Of a DNA stretch of 64,000 nucleotides, positions 8,351 to 16,996 are shown piece by piece. Position 1 is the stretch's first letter; every line of letters begins with the position of its first letter. Made by a program: the position numbers and the translations under genes. The notes under the pieces are model-generated. The model was given only the letters and a program-made list of their open reading frames with translations, ran no database searches and was not told the origin of the DNA. Location: the sequence record LC778249.1. One strand, written 5' to 3'.

Positions 8351-8623
8351 ATGACTAAAGTATGTGTTTTCATTGCCCCTAACTTTCGCAACGTCTGGAT
8401 TACAACTCGCGTGGCTTATACCAAGCTGGATTGCGATGGTGCGTTGAAACGCGCAAAAGATCGCGATTGTAAGTATGCAGGCAAAATCGACCCGTATCTG
8501 AGTCTTGTTCTGGAAGATCGCCAAGCGTATTGCACAAACAACGAATATCAGGATGTCCAATCTGTTATTCAGTTGTGCGAGTCGGCTGGTTTTAGTGTTC
8601 TTGGTTTCCCGAAAAATAAATAA
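8351..8623 (+). CDS. Hypothetical protein, 90 aa
   Basis: GAGGA SD, own promoter. Confidence 0.85.
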   Translation: MTKVCVFIAPNFRNVWITTRVAYTKLDCDGALKRAKDRDCKYAGKIDPYLSLVLEDRQAYCTNNEYQDVQSVIQLCESAGFSVLGFPKNK

Positions 8624-8629
8624 AAGTTG

Positions 8630-8657
8630 TTGACACACGATTCCGACCTGTTAATAT
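8630..8657 (+). promoter_or_regulatory. Early promoter cassette
   Basis: TTGACA-16-TAATAT with extended TG. Confidence 0.75.
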
Positions 8658-8689
8658 ATCCACATCGAAACAAAACTGAGGAAGAAATC

Positions 8690-9082
8690 ATGCAAGATAC
8701 CATCGTAGTAATCCCGAGCCGTGACCAAGATGACGCTGCTGGCTGCCTGACTTTCGAGCGAATGATTGCTCTGAAACGTGCTAAAGGTTTCATCGGTGCC
8801 GAGGATCGTGTCAACAAGATGAAGTACATCGCCATCGTTGACAAAGGGAACAAAGCGTATTTTGCAGAGATCACCAGTATTCGTTCTGGCACTGCAACCG
8901 GCAAAGAAGTCAACACCAACGATATCTATTTCGACAACTTGAAATCTATCCCGTTGTCCGCTCTGAAAGAGGCAGGCATCAACGTGAATAGTGGTCGTTG
9001 CTCGATTCGTTATGCTGAACTGAAAGCAATCGTGGATAATCTGAAAGCAGAAGATACCGAGCTACTTTCTTTGTTCGGCTAA
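8690..9082 (+). CDS. Hypothetical protein, 130 aa
   Basis: GAGGA SD before ATG 8690 (MQDTIVV); the track start lies inside the promoter. Confidence 0.85.
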   Translation: MQDTIVVIPSRDQDDAAGCLTFERMIALKRAKGFIGAEDRVNKMKYIAIVDKGNKAYFAEITSIRSGTATGKEVNTNDIYFDNLKSIPLSALKEAGINVNSGRCSIRYAELKAIVDNLKAEDTELLSLFG

Positions 9083-9083
9083 G

Positions 9084-9140
9084 TTTATCCACACCCTAAA
9101 TAGCAGTACAATACAAACGAGTCGAAAGACTCGTTTTTCT
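9084..9140 (+). promoter_or_regulatory. nrdD promoter followed by GAAA-tetraloop terminator-like hairpin
   Basis: TTTATC-17-TACAAT; AAACGAGTC-gaaa-GACTCGTTT-TT. Confidence 0.65.
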
Positions 9141-9169
9141 TTTCCTTCACACTCACAACGGAAACACAA

Positions 9170-11281
9170 ATGCAAGTACAAAAACGAGACGGCCGAGTCG
9201 TTGCATTCGACCAGTCTTTTATTGAAACAGCAATCTCCAACTCCCTCAAGTCTATCAATATCACCGATCCAACATTCCCGCACCACGCTACGGAAGCAGT
9301 AGTTCGAAAGCTGATTGGACGCAACACCGTAACGATTGAAGAGATCCAGCGCGTTGTTGAAGATACCCTAATGCGCTCCCGTTACCCTGCTGTGGCTCGC
9401 GCCTATATCGAATACCGCTATGATCGTGACGTTGCTCGCGACATGAACAGCGATATGACAAAGCGAATCGTCGGACTGATGAAGCAAGAAGACGAAGGGA
9501 TCATGAATGAGAATGCAAACAAAGATGCAAAAGTTATTCCGACACAACGCGATTTAGTCGCGGGCATCGTAAGCAAGCACTTTGCAAAGCACTATCTGCC
9601 GACCGAAGTTCTGCAAGCACACGAAGCTGGTTTTATTCACTTCCATGATCTTGATTACTCTCCGTTCTTCCCAATGTTTAACTGCATGTTGATTGATCTC
9701 AACGGCATGTTAGAACGTGGGTTCCGCATGGGTAATGCACAGATCGAAACTCCTAAGAGCATCGCTACCGCTGCGGCTGTTACTGCTCAAATCATTGCAC
9801 AGGTTGCAAGTCACATTTATGGTGGCAACACAATTAATCGCATTGACGAAGCATTGGCACCTTATGTTAAGATGACACATGAAAAGCATTTGGATGAAGC
9901 GCGTTATTGGAAAATTCCAGATCAAAAGCAATACGCTATTGAAAAGACTCGCAAAGCCGTGTATGATGCAATGCAAAGCCTAGAGTATGAGGTAAACACT
10001 CTGCACTCGGCAAATGGTCAAACTCCATTCTGCACTTTCGGGTTTGGACTCGGCACTAGCTGGGAATCCGAACTCATTCAGGAAGCAATTCTGAAAGTTC
10101 GCATGAAAGGTCTTGGCAAAGAAGGTATTACTCCAGTTTTCCCGAAACTCGTTTTCGCGCTGAAAGACGGACACAATCTGAAAGCTGGCGATCCCCTGTA
10201 TCGTATCAAACAGATGGCACTGGAATGTTCTACAAAGCGCATGTATCCAGACATTCTGAGTTATGATAAAGTTGTTGAAATCACCGGTAGTTTTAAGTTC
10301 CCGATGGGATGCCGTAGTTTCTTGCATCGCTGGGAAGATGAAAACGGCGTAGAAGTTCACGAAGGACGTAACAACCTCGGTGTTGTGACTCTGAACTTGC
10401 CGCGTATCGCACTCGACGCAAACGGCAATCAGTTGCGTTTCTTCGAAATTCTGGAAGAGCGTATGCAGATCGTTAAAAAAGCCCTGTTGACTCGCGTTGA
10501 TCGTCTGCGTGGTGTCAAGGCAAGCGTTGCTCCGATTCTTTATGTTGAAGGTGCTTGTGGTGTACGTCTGAAACCAAATGATGACATCATGAAAGCATTT
10601 GAAAATGGTAGGGCGTCTGTTAGTATTGGCTATATCGGATTGCATGAAGTATCTGAGATCATCAAGTTCAACGATGAATCCCACGTTATGGAAAACGCCG
10701 AGAAACAAGCATTCTTGCTGGACGTATTGTCTCGCATGAAAGAAATGGCTAATTCATGGAAAGCAGAAACTGGATTGGCGTTTAGTCTGTATGGCACTCC
10801 ATCAGAAAGTCTGTGTTATCGTTTCGCTAAGATCGATCACGCTCTATATGATCATAAAGTGTTTGATAAAGACTATTACACAAACAGCTTCCATTTAGAC
10901 GTTCGTCATAACGCTAATCCGTATGACAAGATCGATTTTGAAAAGCAATTCATTCCGCTTAGTACCGGTGGTTTCATTTCATACGGTGAATATCCGAATA
11001 TGAAACACAATCTGGAAGCACTCGAAGCAGTTTGGGATTATGCTTATCAGAACACTCCGTACTATGGAACAAACACTCCAGTTGATGTTTGTTTTGAATG
11101 TGGATTTAACGGTGAGTTTACCGCTACTTCTAAAGGATACGAATGTCCGAAGTGTGGCAATCACGATGATCGCAAGATGAACGTAATTCGTCGCGTGTGC
11201 GGTTATCTCGGTAACCCTGGGTCTCGCGCATTTAACGTTGGCAAACAAGACGAAGTCCAAAAACGTGTTAAACATATGTAA
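9170..11281 (+). CDS. nrdD: Anaerobic (class III) ribonucleotide reductase with ATP cone, no intron
   Basis: FNCMLID, MGCRSFL, CxxC-CxxC, RRVCGYLG glycyl-radical motif. Confidence 0.97.
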   Translation: MQVQKRDGRVVAFDQSFIETAISNSLKSINITDPTFPHHATEAVVRKLIGRNTVTIEEIQRVVEDTLMRSRYPAVARAYIEYRYDRDVARDMNSDMTKRIVGLMKQEDEGIMNENANKDAKVIPTQRDLVAGIVSKHFAKHYLPTEVLQAHEAGFIHFHDLDYSPFFPMFNCMLIDLNGMLERGFRMGNAQIETPKSIATAAAVTAQIIAQVASHIYGGNTINRIDEALAPYVKMTHEKHLDEARYWKIPDQKQYAIEKTRKAVYDAMQSLEYEVNTLHSANGQTPFCTFGFGLGTSWESELIQEAILKVRMKGLGKEGITPVFPKLVFALKDGHNLKAGDPLYRIKQMALECSTKRMYPDILSYDKVVEITGSFKFPMGCRSFLHRWEDENGVEVHEGRNNLGVVTLNLPRIALDANGNQLRFFEILEERMQIVKKALLTRVDRLRGVKASVAPILYVEGACGVRLKPNDDIMKAFENGRASVSIGYIGLHEVSEIIKFNDESHVMENAEKQAFLLDVLSRMKEMANSWKAETGLAFSLYGTPSESLCYRFAKIDHALYDHKVFDKDYYTNSFHLDVRHNANPYDKIDFEKQFIPLSTGGFISYGEYPNMKHNLEALEAVWDYAYQNTPYYGTNTPVDVCFECGFNGEFTATSKGYECPKCGNHDDRKMNVIRRVCGYLGNPGSRAFNVGKQDEVQKRVKHM

Positions 11282-11282
11282 T

Positions 11283-11304
11283 AAAGGGGCTTAGGCCCCT
11301 TTTT
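11283..11304 (+). terminator. Hairpin/terminator
   Basis: AAAGGGGC-ttag-GCCCCTTT-T. Confidence 0.75.
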
Positions 11305-11318
11305 CATTAAGGAATAAT

Positions 11319-11798
11319 ATGAAAATTCTTGATTACAAATCACTGGATGTATTAAACGGAACAGGCGTTAGATCGTCTATATGGCTAGCTGGATGCAGTC
11401 ACCAATGTAAAGGATGTTTCAGCAAGCACACATGGAAATGGGAAGGTAAGACAGAAGAAGAAATTCAACTGCGAAAACTCGTGGAACGCGATATGCGCGA
11501 TACCAGAATCAAACGTGATGGTATCTCACTCTTGGGTGGTGATCCGTTCTATGACCGCAATCTAGACGCTCTGGTGTCATTTCTAGAATGGTTTCGTGCT
11601 GAGTTTCCAGATAAAACTGTCTGGCTATGGACTGGATATACTCGCGAGGAATGTTTACTTGAATCGAGAAAACATGTTATAGTTACCTCACTGATTGACG
11701 TACTCGTTGATGGTAAATTCGTGGAAGAATTGAAAGATGTTGATCTTAAATTCAGAGGCTCTGCCAATCAACGAATCATTTATATCGAGAAACTATGA
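11319..11798 (+). CDS. nrdG: Anaerobic RNR activase (radical SAM)
   Basis: GCSHQCKGC, LLGGDP, FRGSANQR. Confidence 0.95.
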   Translation: MKILDYKSLDVLNGTGVRSSIWLAGCSHQCKGCFSKHTWKWEGKTEEEIQLRKLVERDMRDTRIKRDGISLLGGDPFYDRNLDALVSFLEWFRAEFPDKTVWLWTGYTREECLLESRKHVIVTSLIDVLVDGKFVEELKDVDLKFRGSANQRIIYIEKL

Positions 11799-12172
11799 AC
11801 GCAATACAAGTATTAAGTGGCCGTCTGAAAGGCGGTATTTTTCTTATGACCGAAGAAGCCGTTAGGGTTATTTGTGCTCCTGGTTATGGGGAAGATGAAG
11901 TATTTAAAAATGGTAGCGTGAAATACGAATCAATTAAAACGGAGATCGCGAATAACGCATTCCGTGATGTTGAAATCGAAGTCATGCAAAATAGTGGCCA
12001 GCATTTAAACGTTAATGTATTGAGCCGAGATCAGCTATTGCTTGCGATGGAACAACCGGAACTATATCCGAATATCGTTGTTCGCATTTCGGGCTATGCT
12101 GTTAGATTTAATTCTCTGACAAGAGAACAACAACTGGATATCGTTTCCAGGACATTCACACAAACGATGTAA
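11795..12172 (+). CDS. grcA: Autonomous glycyl radical cofactor (GrcA/YfiD, T4 Vs.6-like)
   Basis: GQHLNVNV...YPNIVVRISGYAVRFNSLTREQQ..RTFT. Confidence 0.92.
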   Translation: MNAIQVLSGRLKGGIFLMTEEAVRVICAPGYGEDEVFKNGSVKYESIKTEIANNAFRDVEIEVMQNSGQHLNVNVLSRDQLLLAMEQPELYPNIVVRISGYAVRFNSLTREQQLDIVSRTFTQTM

Positions 12173-12181
12173 GGAATAAAA

Positions 12182-12454
12182 ATGATTGAGCTGTACGGAT
12201 TTGATCCAAATGAACTCGAATGCAAACCATGCCTGAATGCCAAGCGTCTGCTTGATACCCGTATGGTAGATTATGTTTTTCTGCCTATCGCTAAAATCAG
12301 CAAGACAGAAGAACACAAGGTAAACAAAGCAGATCTGACCCGTCGCGCTAAGGAACATGGCGTCGTTGTCACTTCTATGCCACAAGCATTCATTGACGGT
12401 CAATATATTGGTGGATTCGAAGAACTCAAGGCTTGGGTTAACGAAAACGCATGA
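12182..12454 (+). CDS. Glutaredoxin (NrdH/NrdC-like)
   Basis: CKPC, SMPQAFIDGQYIGGF. Confidence 0.9.
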   Translation: MIELYGFDPNELECKPCLNAKRLLDTRMVDYVFLPIAKISKTEEHKVNKADLTRRAKEHGVVVTSMPQAFIDGQYIGGFEELKAWVNENA

Positions 12455-12738
12455 AAATAGAAATCTACGGCATACCGGAAGAATTGTTCAAGTGTCCCGG
12501 TTGTATTGCTGCCGTTGATTTCTGCAAGTCATATTCATTTGATTATGAGTTTATCCCTGTGCTAATTAAAGATGAAAGCCCAATTGGCTTTCGTTATGAT
12601 ATTGAGCGCATCGACGAATGCAAGACTAGAGCGAATAAAGACACTAGGCCTCGCCAATATCCACAGATCTTCGTTGACGATAAGTGGATAGGTGGATACC
12701 AGACATTCAAAGAAAAATATGAGGCCGGTGAATTATGA
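12451..12738 (+). CDS. Second glutaredoxin/thioredoxin (NrdC/NrdH-like)
   Basis: CPGC, YPQIFVDDKWIGGY. Confidence 0.9.
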   Translation: MKIEIYGIPEELFKCPGCIAAVDFCKSYSFDYEFIPVLIKDESPIGFRYDIERIDECKTRANKDTRPRQYPQIFVDDKWIGGYQTFKEKYEAGEL

Positions 12739-13241
12739 AAATGACGGAAGCTGATGTTCAGCGAGCAATAGCGAAGACTCCAGAGTTTCAAAAGCGGTAC
12801 GATATACTTGTGCCTAACTGCTACACAATGTATGATAATGAGGCAGATTTATTCGGTCTCAGACCCAGTGGACTCTGCGATGAAATCGAAATCAAAGTGA
12901 GTCGTGCCGATTTTAAAGTTGACGCGAAAAAGAGTGTTAGAGTATCAATCAAACTTGACAGGCCGATAAATTATCGTACTCACAAGTTTGTTAGATTTAC
13001 AAAACGAGAAGCCCTAGAAATGGGACATATGTCCAATTATTTCTGGTATGCGGTGCCCTATGAACTAATCAAGCCAGATGAAGTTCCTGAATGGGCAGGG
13101 CTGATCTACATTTGTCCAGATGGCTACGCTAGAGTGGTAAAGTCAGCTAAACGTTTGCATAAGCATCCGTTGCATCCAGCTGAGTGCTACAAGACAGCTA
13201 GAAAGATGAACTATAAGTATTGGAACAAGGTTCTGGCGTAA
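12735..13241 (+). CDS. PD-(D/E)XK-fold, MmcB-like nuclease family protein
   Basis: EADLFGL..EIEIKVSRADFKVD..NYFWYAVP..PEWAGLI. Confidence 0.6.
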   Translation: MKMTEADVQRAIAKTPEFQKRYDILVPNCYTMYDNEADLFGLRPSGLCDEIEIKVSRADFKVDAKKSVRVSIKLDRPINYRTHKFVRFTKREALEMGHMSNYFWYAVPYELIKPDEVPEWAGLIYICPDGYARVVKSAKRLHKHPLHPAECYKTARKMNYKYWNKVLA

Positions 13242-13257
13242 GTCAGAACCTTTTTTG
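13229..13257 (+). terminator. Rho-independent terminator
   Basis: GGTTCTG-8nt-CAGAACC-TTTTTT. Confidence 0.65.
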
Positions 13258-13318
13258 TTGACTAAACATTTTGGTTATGCAAGAATATGCTTATACCAAG
13301 ACAAGAGGTGATTAAAAA

Positions 13319-13567
13319 ATGAATACTGCTGTAATTTTTGGCAACATCTGCAATTCACGAATCGTTGAAGCAGTTGAGACTCGGAAGAAGACCGGTCTTG
13401 CTTGCGATCCAAAATGGTTGGATGAACAAGTCGAATGGATGCATTCTGCCGTTGTTGCTCAGTTCGAAGATCAAAAGTGGTTTAAATTTGCACTGCGCGA
13501 ACATCTGGTAGCTTTCATTCTGAAAGAATACGGTGCAATCGCATTTGGTGTGGATAATGGCATCTAA
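13319..13567 (+). CDS. Hypothetical protein, 82 aa
   Basis: GAGGTG SD. Confidence 0.8.
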   Translation: MNTAVIFGNICNSRIVEAVETRKKTGLACDPKWLDEQVEWMHSAVVAQFEDQKWFKFALREHLVAFILKEYGAIAFGVDNGI

Positions 13568-14999
13568 CGTCGAGATCTTACAAGCTGTACCTGCTGCCGG
13601 TAAAACGAAAGCGATCTTGACACACGTTAGAAAGAACAAAAAGCCTTGTATCATTGCGTCAATCAGTTGTCAGTTGTCACAACAAAGTTATGACTTTTAC
13701 AACAACATAACAGGCGAGAATGATAGCATTATCATTGATTCAGATCATGTTAGCCGAAGTAAAAGCGTTAGCGATGTTATCAGCGAATCGATTGGTAAAA
13801 ACCGTGTTCTGTTCATAACTCATGCCGCATTGCTTGCGTATCCTGATTATGATGACATGAAAGGCTATGAGCTGTATATCGATGAAGTACCAGATTTGGT
13901 ACAACTCAATCAGCTAAAATTTACGGATAACCTTGACTTCATCGGCAAGTTCTGTAATATTGATGAAGGAAAGATGTCACTCAAGGAAGAGTGTAGAGAA
14001 AACTTAAACAAGATTGCAACAGATGGTCTATATGGTCATGACGTTGTTTCATCTTCTGTTTTCTCACTAGCGAGATCGCTTTTGCAAGGCATCCCTGTTA
14101 TTCTAAAAGACAATGTGGTATATTTCATCGACGACAGCACAACACAAAAGTGGCATGTTTTTGATCGAATTACCATAGCCTGTGCGAACTTCCGAGAGAC
14201 GTTTACTGGCGTAATTCTCAAAGAGTTTTGCGGTTGGAGTTTCAAGACTAGCCCACTGATGAAGAAGCTGGATTTCATTCAGTATCCAAATTCAAGTCGA
14301 GTCGAGATTATTCCACTTTACAACGGGATCTGGTCGCGTTATTCTGCTGATAAAGACGTTGACGGAGAAAGTGTTTACAACAAAGTCAAAGATACAGTCT
14401 ATGATCTAGTTGGCATGACTCCCTTTATCTACACAACAAACAGCTACCGAGCTGCGTTGAAAGTTGGACACCGAGTGGCATATAATCCACATGGCCTAAA
14501 CAACTATATGAGCCATACGACTGCGGTCGCGCTATTCAGCTATAACCCAATGCCGTGGCAAATAGAATTGTTGAAATGTCTGTCCGAATGTCATAAAATG
14601 GACGCAAACAAGTTGATCGATGCGTTTCTTGTGTCGAAATATCTTGAACCCGTGTTCCAATTATGCTTGCGAACTGATATTCGAAATCAGCATTCGACGT
14701 GGAAAGTCAGTTTATTGGTGCCAGATCTTCGCGCCGCTGAATATCTCAAGTCGAGATACTTATTGGAGTCTAAAATTGACACTTCTCATATGGTATCTGG
14801 TCCGGCTCGTAAAGAGAGAAAACAAGAAACCGCACCAAGAAAAAAGCGAGTGACGTTTGCCAATCTCTTTGATTTTACCAAAGCAGAACAAGGTAAATTC
14901 TATCGCTGGTGCAGAACGCTGGATTATAAACTAGATGCGATTCAACCGGAACACGTTAAGCTTGTTTCCGAGTGGATTAATAAGTCAAGAAGTTTATAG
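13557..14999 (+). CDS. SF2-like P-loop helicase/ATPase, not a T4 core gene
   Basis: ATG 13557; Walker A AVPAAGKT, ITH, Walker B YIDE, HGLNNY, QLCLRTDIR. Confidence 0.7.
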   Translation: MASNVEILQAVPAAGKTKAILTHVRKNKKPCIIASISCQLSQQSYDFYNNITGENDSIIIDSDHVSRSKSVSDVISESIGKNRVLFITHAALLAYPDYDDMKGYELYIDEVPDLVQLNQLKFTDNLDFIGKFCNIDEGKMSLKEECRENLNKIATDGLYGHDVVSSSVFSLARSLLQGIPVILKDNVVYFIDDSTTQKWHVFDRITIACANFRETFTGVILKEFCGWSFKTSPLMKKLDFIQYPNSSRVEIIPLYNGIWSRYSADKDVDGESVYNKVKDTVYDLVGMTPFIYTTNSYRAALKVGHRVAYNPHGLNNYMSHTTAVALFSYNPMPWQIELLKCLSECHKMDANKLIDAFLVSKYLEPVFQLCLRTDIRNQHSTWKVSLLVPDLRAAEYLKSRYLLESKIDTSHMVSGPARKERKQETAPRKKRVTFANLFDFTKAEQGKFYRWCRTLDYKLDAIQPEHVKLVSEWINKSRSL

Positions 15000-15048
15000 A
15001 TCATATAAATCATAGTATACTTCTCTTGTCAACAAACAAGGGAAGTAT
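14993..15048 (+). promoter_or_regulatory. Gene 55 promoter and SD-sequestering hairpin
   Basis: TTTATA-17-TATACT; 13-bp stem 15017-29/15036-48 covers AAGGGAAG. Confidence 0.6.
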
Positions 15049-15054
15049 TACTCT

Positions 15055-15579
15055 ATGGCAAATTATGTCGATAACGAGTGGCTTTATCAAGAATTCAAAT
15101 CTTGGAAAGAGCACTTAAAAGAAAATCCAAATCATCCAATGCCCAATAGTATTGGGTCCGCAATAATGAAAATCGCGAACGGGTTCACCAATTACTGGCG
15201 ATTTAGTCGCTACACTGATACCTGGAAAGAACTCATGGTTGGCGATGCAGTTGAAACTTGCTTGAAATATTGCAAGAACTTTGACACCGACCGCTACACA
15301 AATCCTCATGCTTATATCACGATGATCTGCGCCCGCGCATTCATTGCCCGCATTAGACACTCCAAGAAAGAAGAAGCAGCAAAGTACAAATACTTTTTGG
15401 AACACGTTCATGACGCGGAAGACGAAGATATGGCAAAACTTGTCGATCTCGCATTCTATAATGACATGATGACGAAAGCGAATGACTTTGAGGCTAATTT
15501 GAAAAAGACTAAAGCCAAAAAGCCAAAGCAACCAGTCGGACTGTCATTCCTTGAGGATGACGAAGATGATACAGAATAA
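15055..15579 (+). CDS. 55: Late-transcription sigma factor
   Basis: NYVDNEWLY..IMKIANG..NFDTDRYTNPHAYIT, acidic tail. Confidence 0.95.
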   Translation: MANYVDNEWLYQEFKSWKEHLKENPNHPMPNSIGSAIMKIANGFTNYWRFSRYTDTWKELMVGDAVETCLKYCKNFDTDRYTNPHAYITMICARAFIARIRHSKKEEAAKYKYFLEHVHDAEDEDMAKLVDLAFYNDMMTKANDFEANLKKTKAKKPKQPVGLSFLEDDEDDTE

Positions 15580-15817
15580 TATTAACGTACAAATTAACGT
15601 TGCCGAAAATTATGCCGAATGTAATTTCGAAGCCGACCTAATTAGCTATATGCTCAAAATAAAACTACTCGAATCTGGAATCCCGGTGATTATTGATCCT
15701 CTTTCTATTCGATCTGACGTCATAAGCGTAAAGCATGGCAAATTAAAGCAAGAAATTATTAGAACTGGCATTGTGGCCGACTCTTATTACAACTTTACAT
15801 GGAAACAAAATGACTGA
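15566..15817 (+). CDS. Conserved T4-like hypothetical (a-gt.5 position)
   Basis: ATG 15566; synteny between 55 and a-gt.4. Confidence 0.7.
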   Translation: MIQNNINVQINVAENYAECNFEADLISYMLKIKLLESGIPVIIDPLSIRSDVISVKHGKLKQEIIRTGIVADSYYNFTWKQND

Positions 15818-16199
15818 ACAACCTATGAATGCCGAAGTGCATGATGAAATTGAAACTGAAATCAAAGAGCGCCAGGAAAAAGTTCTCCGCGAACTAGCAG
15901 AGAAACGCGCTAAAAAACATCTTGCTAAGAATGCCAGAGAGATTGAACGTCTAAAACAACACGCGGAAGAATGTCTACATGTATGTAACAAAGATGGTTA
16001 CATCTACGCTATTTCCAAGCTGCGCAAAATCACTATGCAAAGTGTGTTGGACAAAGACGTTCTGGAGAGCTTGTGGATGAGCTCCAAACAACGTTACGAC
16101 GAGCTAGTCGTGGAAGCGTATAAGCAAGTAAACAAAATCGAGCCAGCGACGTCTGGTGAAGAATCCAAAGGCGCTCTGATTCCAGTGTGTTCTGTCTAA
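15810..16199 (+). CDS. a-gt.4: a-gt.4-like conserved hypothetical
   Basis: KNAREIERLKQHA..NKDGYIYAISKLR. Confidence 0.75.
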   Translation: MTEQPMNAEVHDEIETEIKERQEKVLRELAEKRAKKHLAKNAREIERLKQHAEECLHVCNKDGYIYAISKLRKITMQSVLDKDVLESLWMSSKQRYDELVVEAYKQVNKIEPATSGEESKGALIPVCSV

Positions 16200-16201
16200 A
16201 T

Positions 16202-16230
16202 AAAGGGAGCTTCGGCTCCCTTTTGTTTTT
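16202..16230 (+). terminator. Rho-independent terminator
   Basis: AAAGGGAGC-ttcg-GCTCCCTTT-TGTTTTT. Confidence 0.85.
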
Positions 16231-16237
16231 CTAAATA
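16231..16237 (+). promoter_or_regulatory. Late promoter
   Basis: CTAAATA upstream of GAGGA SD and ATG 16264. Confidence 0.65.
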
Positions 16238-16263
16238 AGACAAACTAATATGAGGATCAATAA

Positions 16264-16958
16264 ATGGCAGAAAGAATACCTTTAGTCATACAGCCTCCCA
16301 AGACTACTGTTCCAAAAGTATGGGAAAATGGAGCTTGGGTAGATGCTGTTAATACTAAAGTCGTCGTTAGAGACGCAAATAATAAAATTCCCGTTGCTGA
16401 TATCCCAGAGGAAGCTGTTATTGCAAACGCTCCAGCTTGGATACAAGCAAAATCGTGGAAAATTGGCTCGTTGGTATATGCTAATGGACAAGTGTATCGC
16501 GCAAATGACAATATTGAGGCAAATACACCTTTTACAATTGGTACTGGTGGCGCAACATGGAGATTGGTCTAACTCCGGAGTCAGCAATGGATTTACAGGA
16601 CAGTGGGCAGTTTTGTATGATAAAATTGGAGTGACCGGAGCAACGACTGCACTGACTTTGCCAGAAGGAACATATCTGATCGAGTGGGTATGGGGTATGA
16701 CCGGATTCACAAACACAAATGGATATTGTTATTCGATCATTGCAAGCGAAAGTAATGCAAATATCATAAAAACATCAACTGCAATGGAAATGATTTCAAC
16801 TCAAACGTCATATTATGAATCAAACTCTTCTCCAGGTACCGCATTGGTAAAATGCGGGAAATGGAATACTTAAAGTTAAATTAAGTGTCACAGTTGCAGT
16901 GGGAAATGCTAATGCGACTCAAAGTGGAGGATGGTGGAAAGTAACTAAGTTAGAATAA
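16264..16958 (+). pseudogene. Late gene with CBM5/12-like module, split by two +1 frameshifts (230 aa if repaired)
   Basis: Frame 0 to 16572, +1 frame to 16873, +2 frame 16851-16958 ending at the terminator; APAW...KIGSLVYANGQVYRA. Confidence 0.7.
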
Positions 16959-16964
16959 TAAAAT

Positions 16965-16986
16965 AGGCTCCTTCGGGAGCCTTTTT
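16965..16986 (+). terminator. Rho-independent terminator
   Basis: AGGCTCC-ttcg-GGAGCCT-TTTT. Confidence 0.85.
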
Positions 16987-16996
16987 CATTTAATTA

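Noticed and set aside
6712-11281. Group I introns or inteins in nrdB and nrdD
   Set aside because: Both ORFs are continuous, of expected length, with all motifs in frame.
16555-16575. prfB-like programmed +1 frameshift (GGAG upstream of GTC TAA C)
   Set aside because: The P-site codon GTC cannot re-pair on TCT, so the classic mechanism is unsupported; kept only as an unexplained frameshift.
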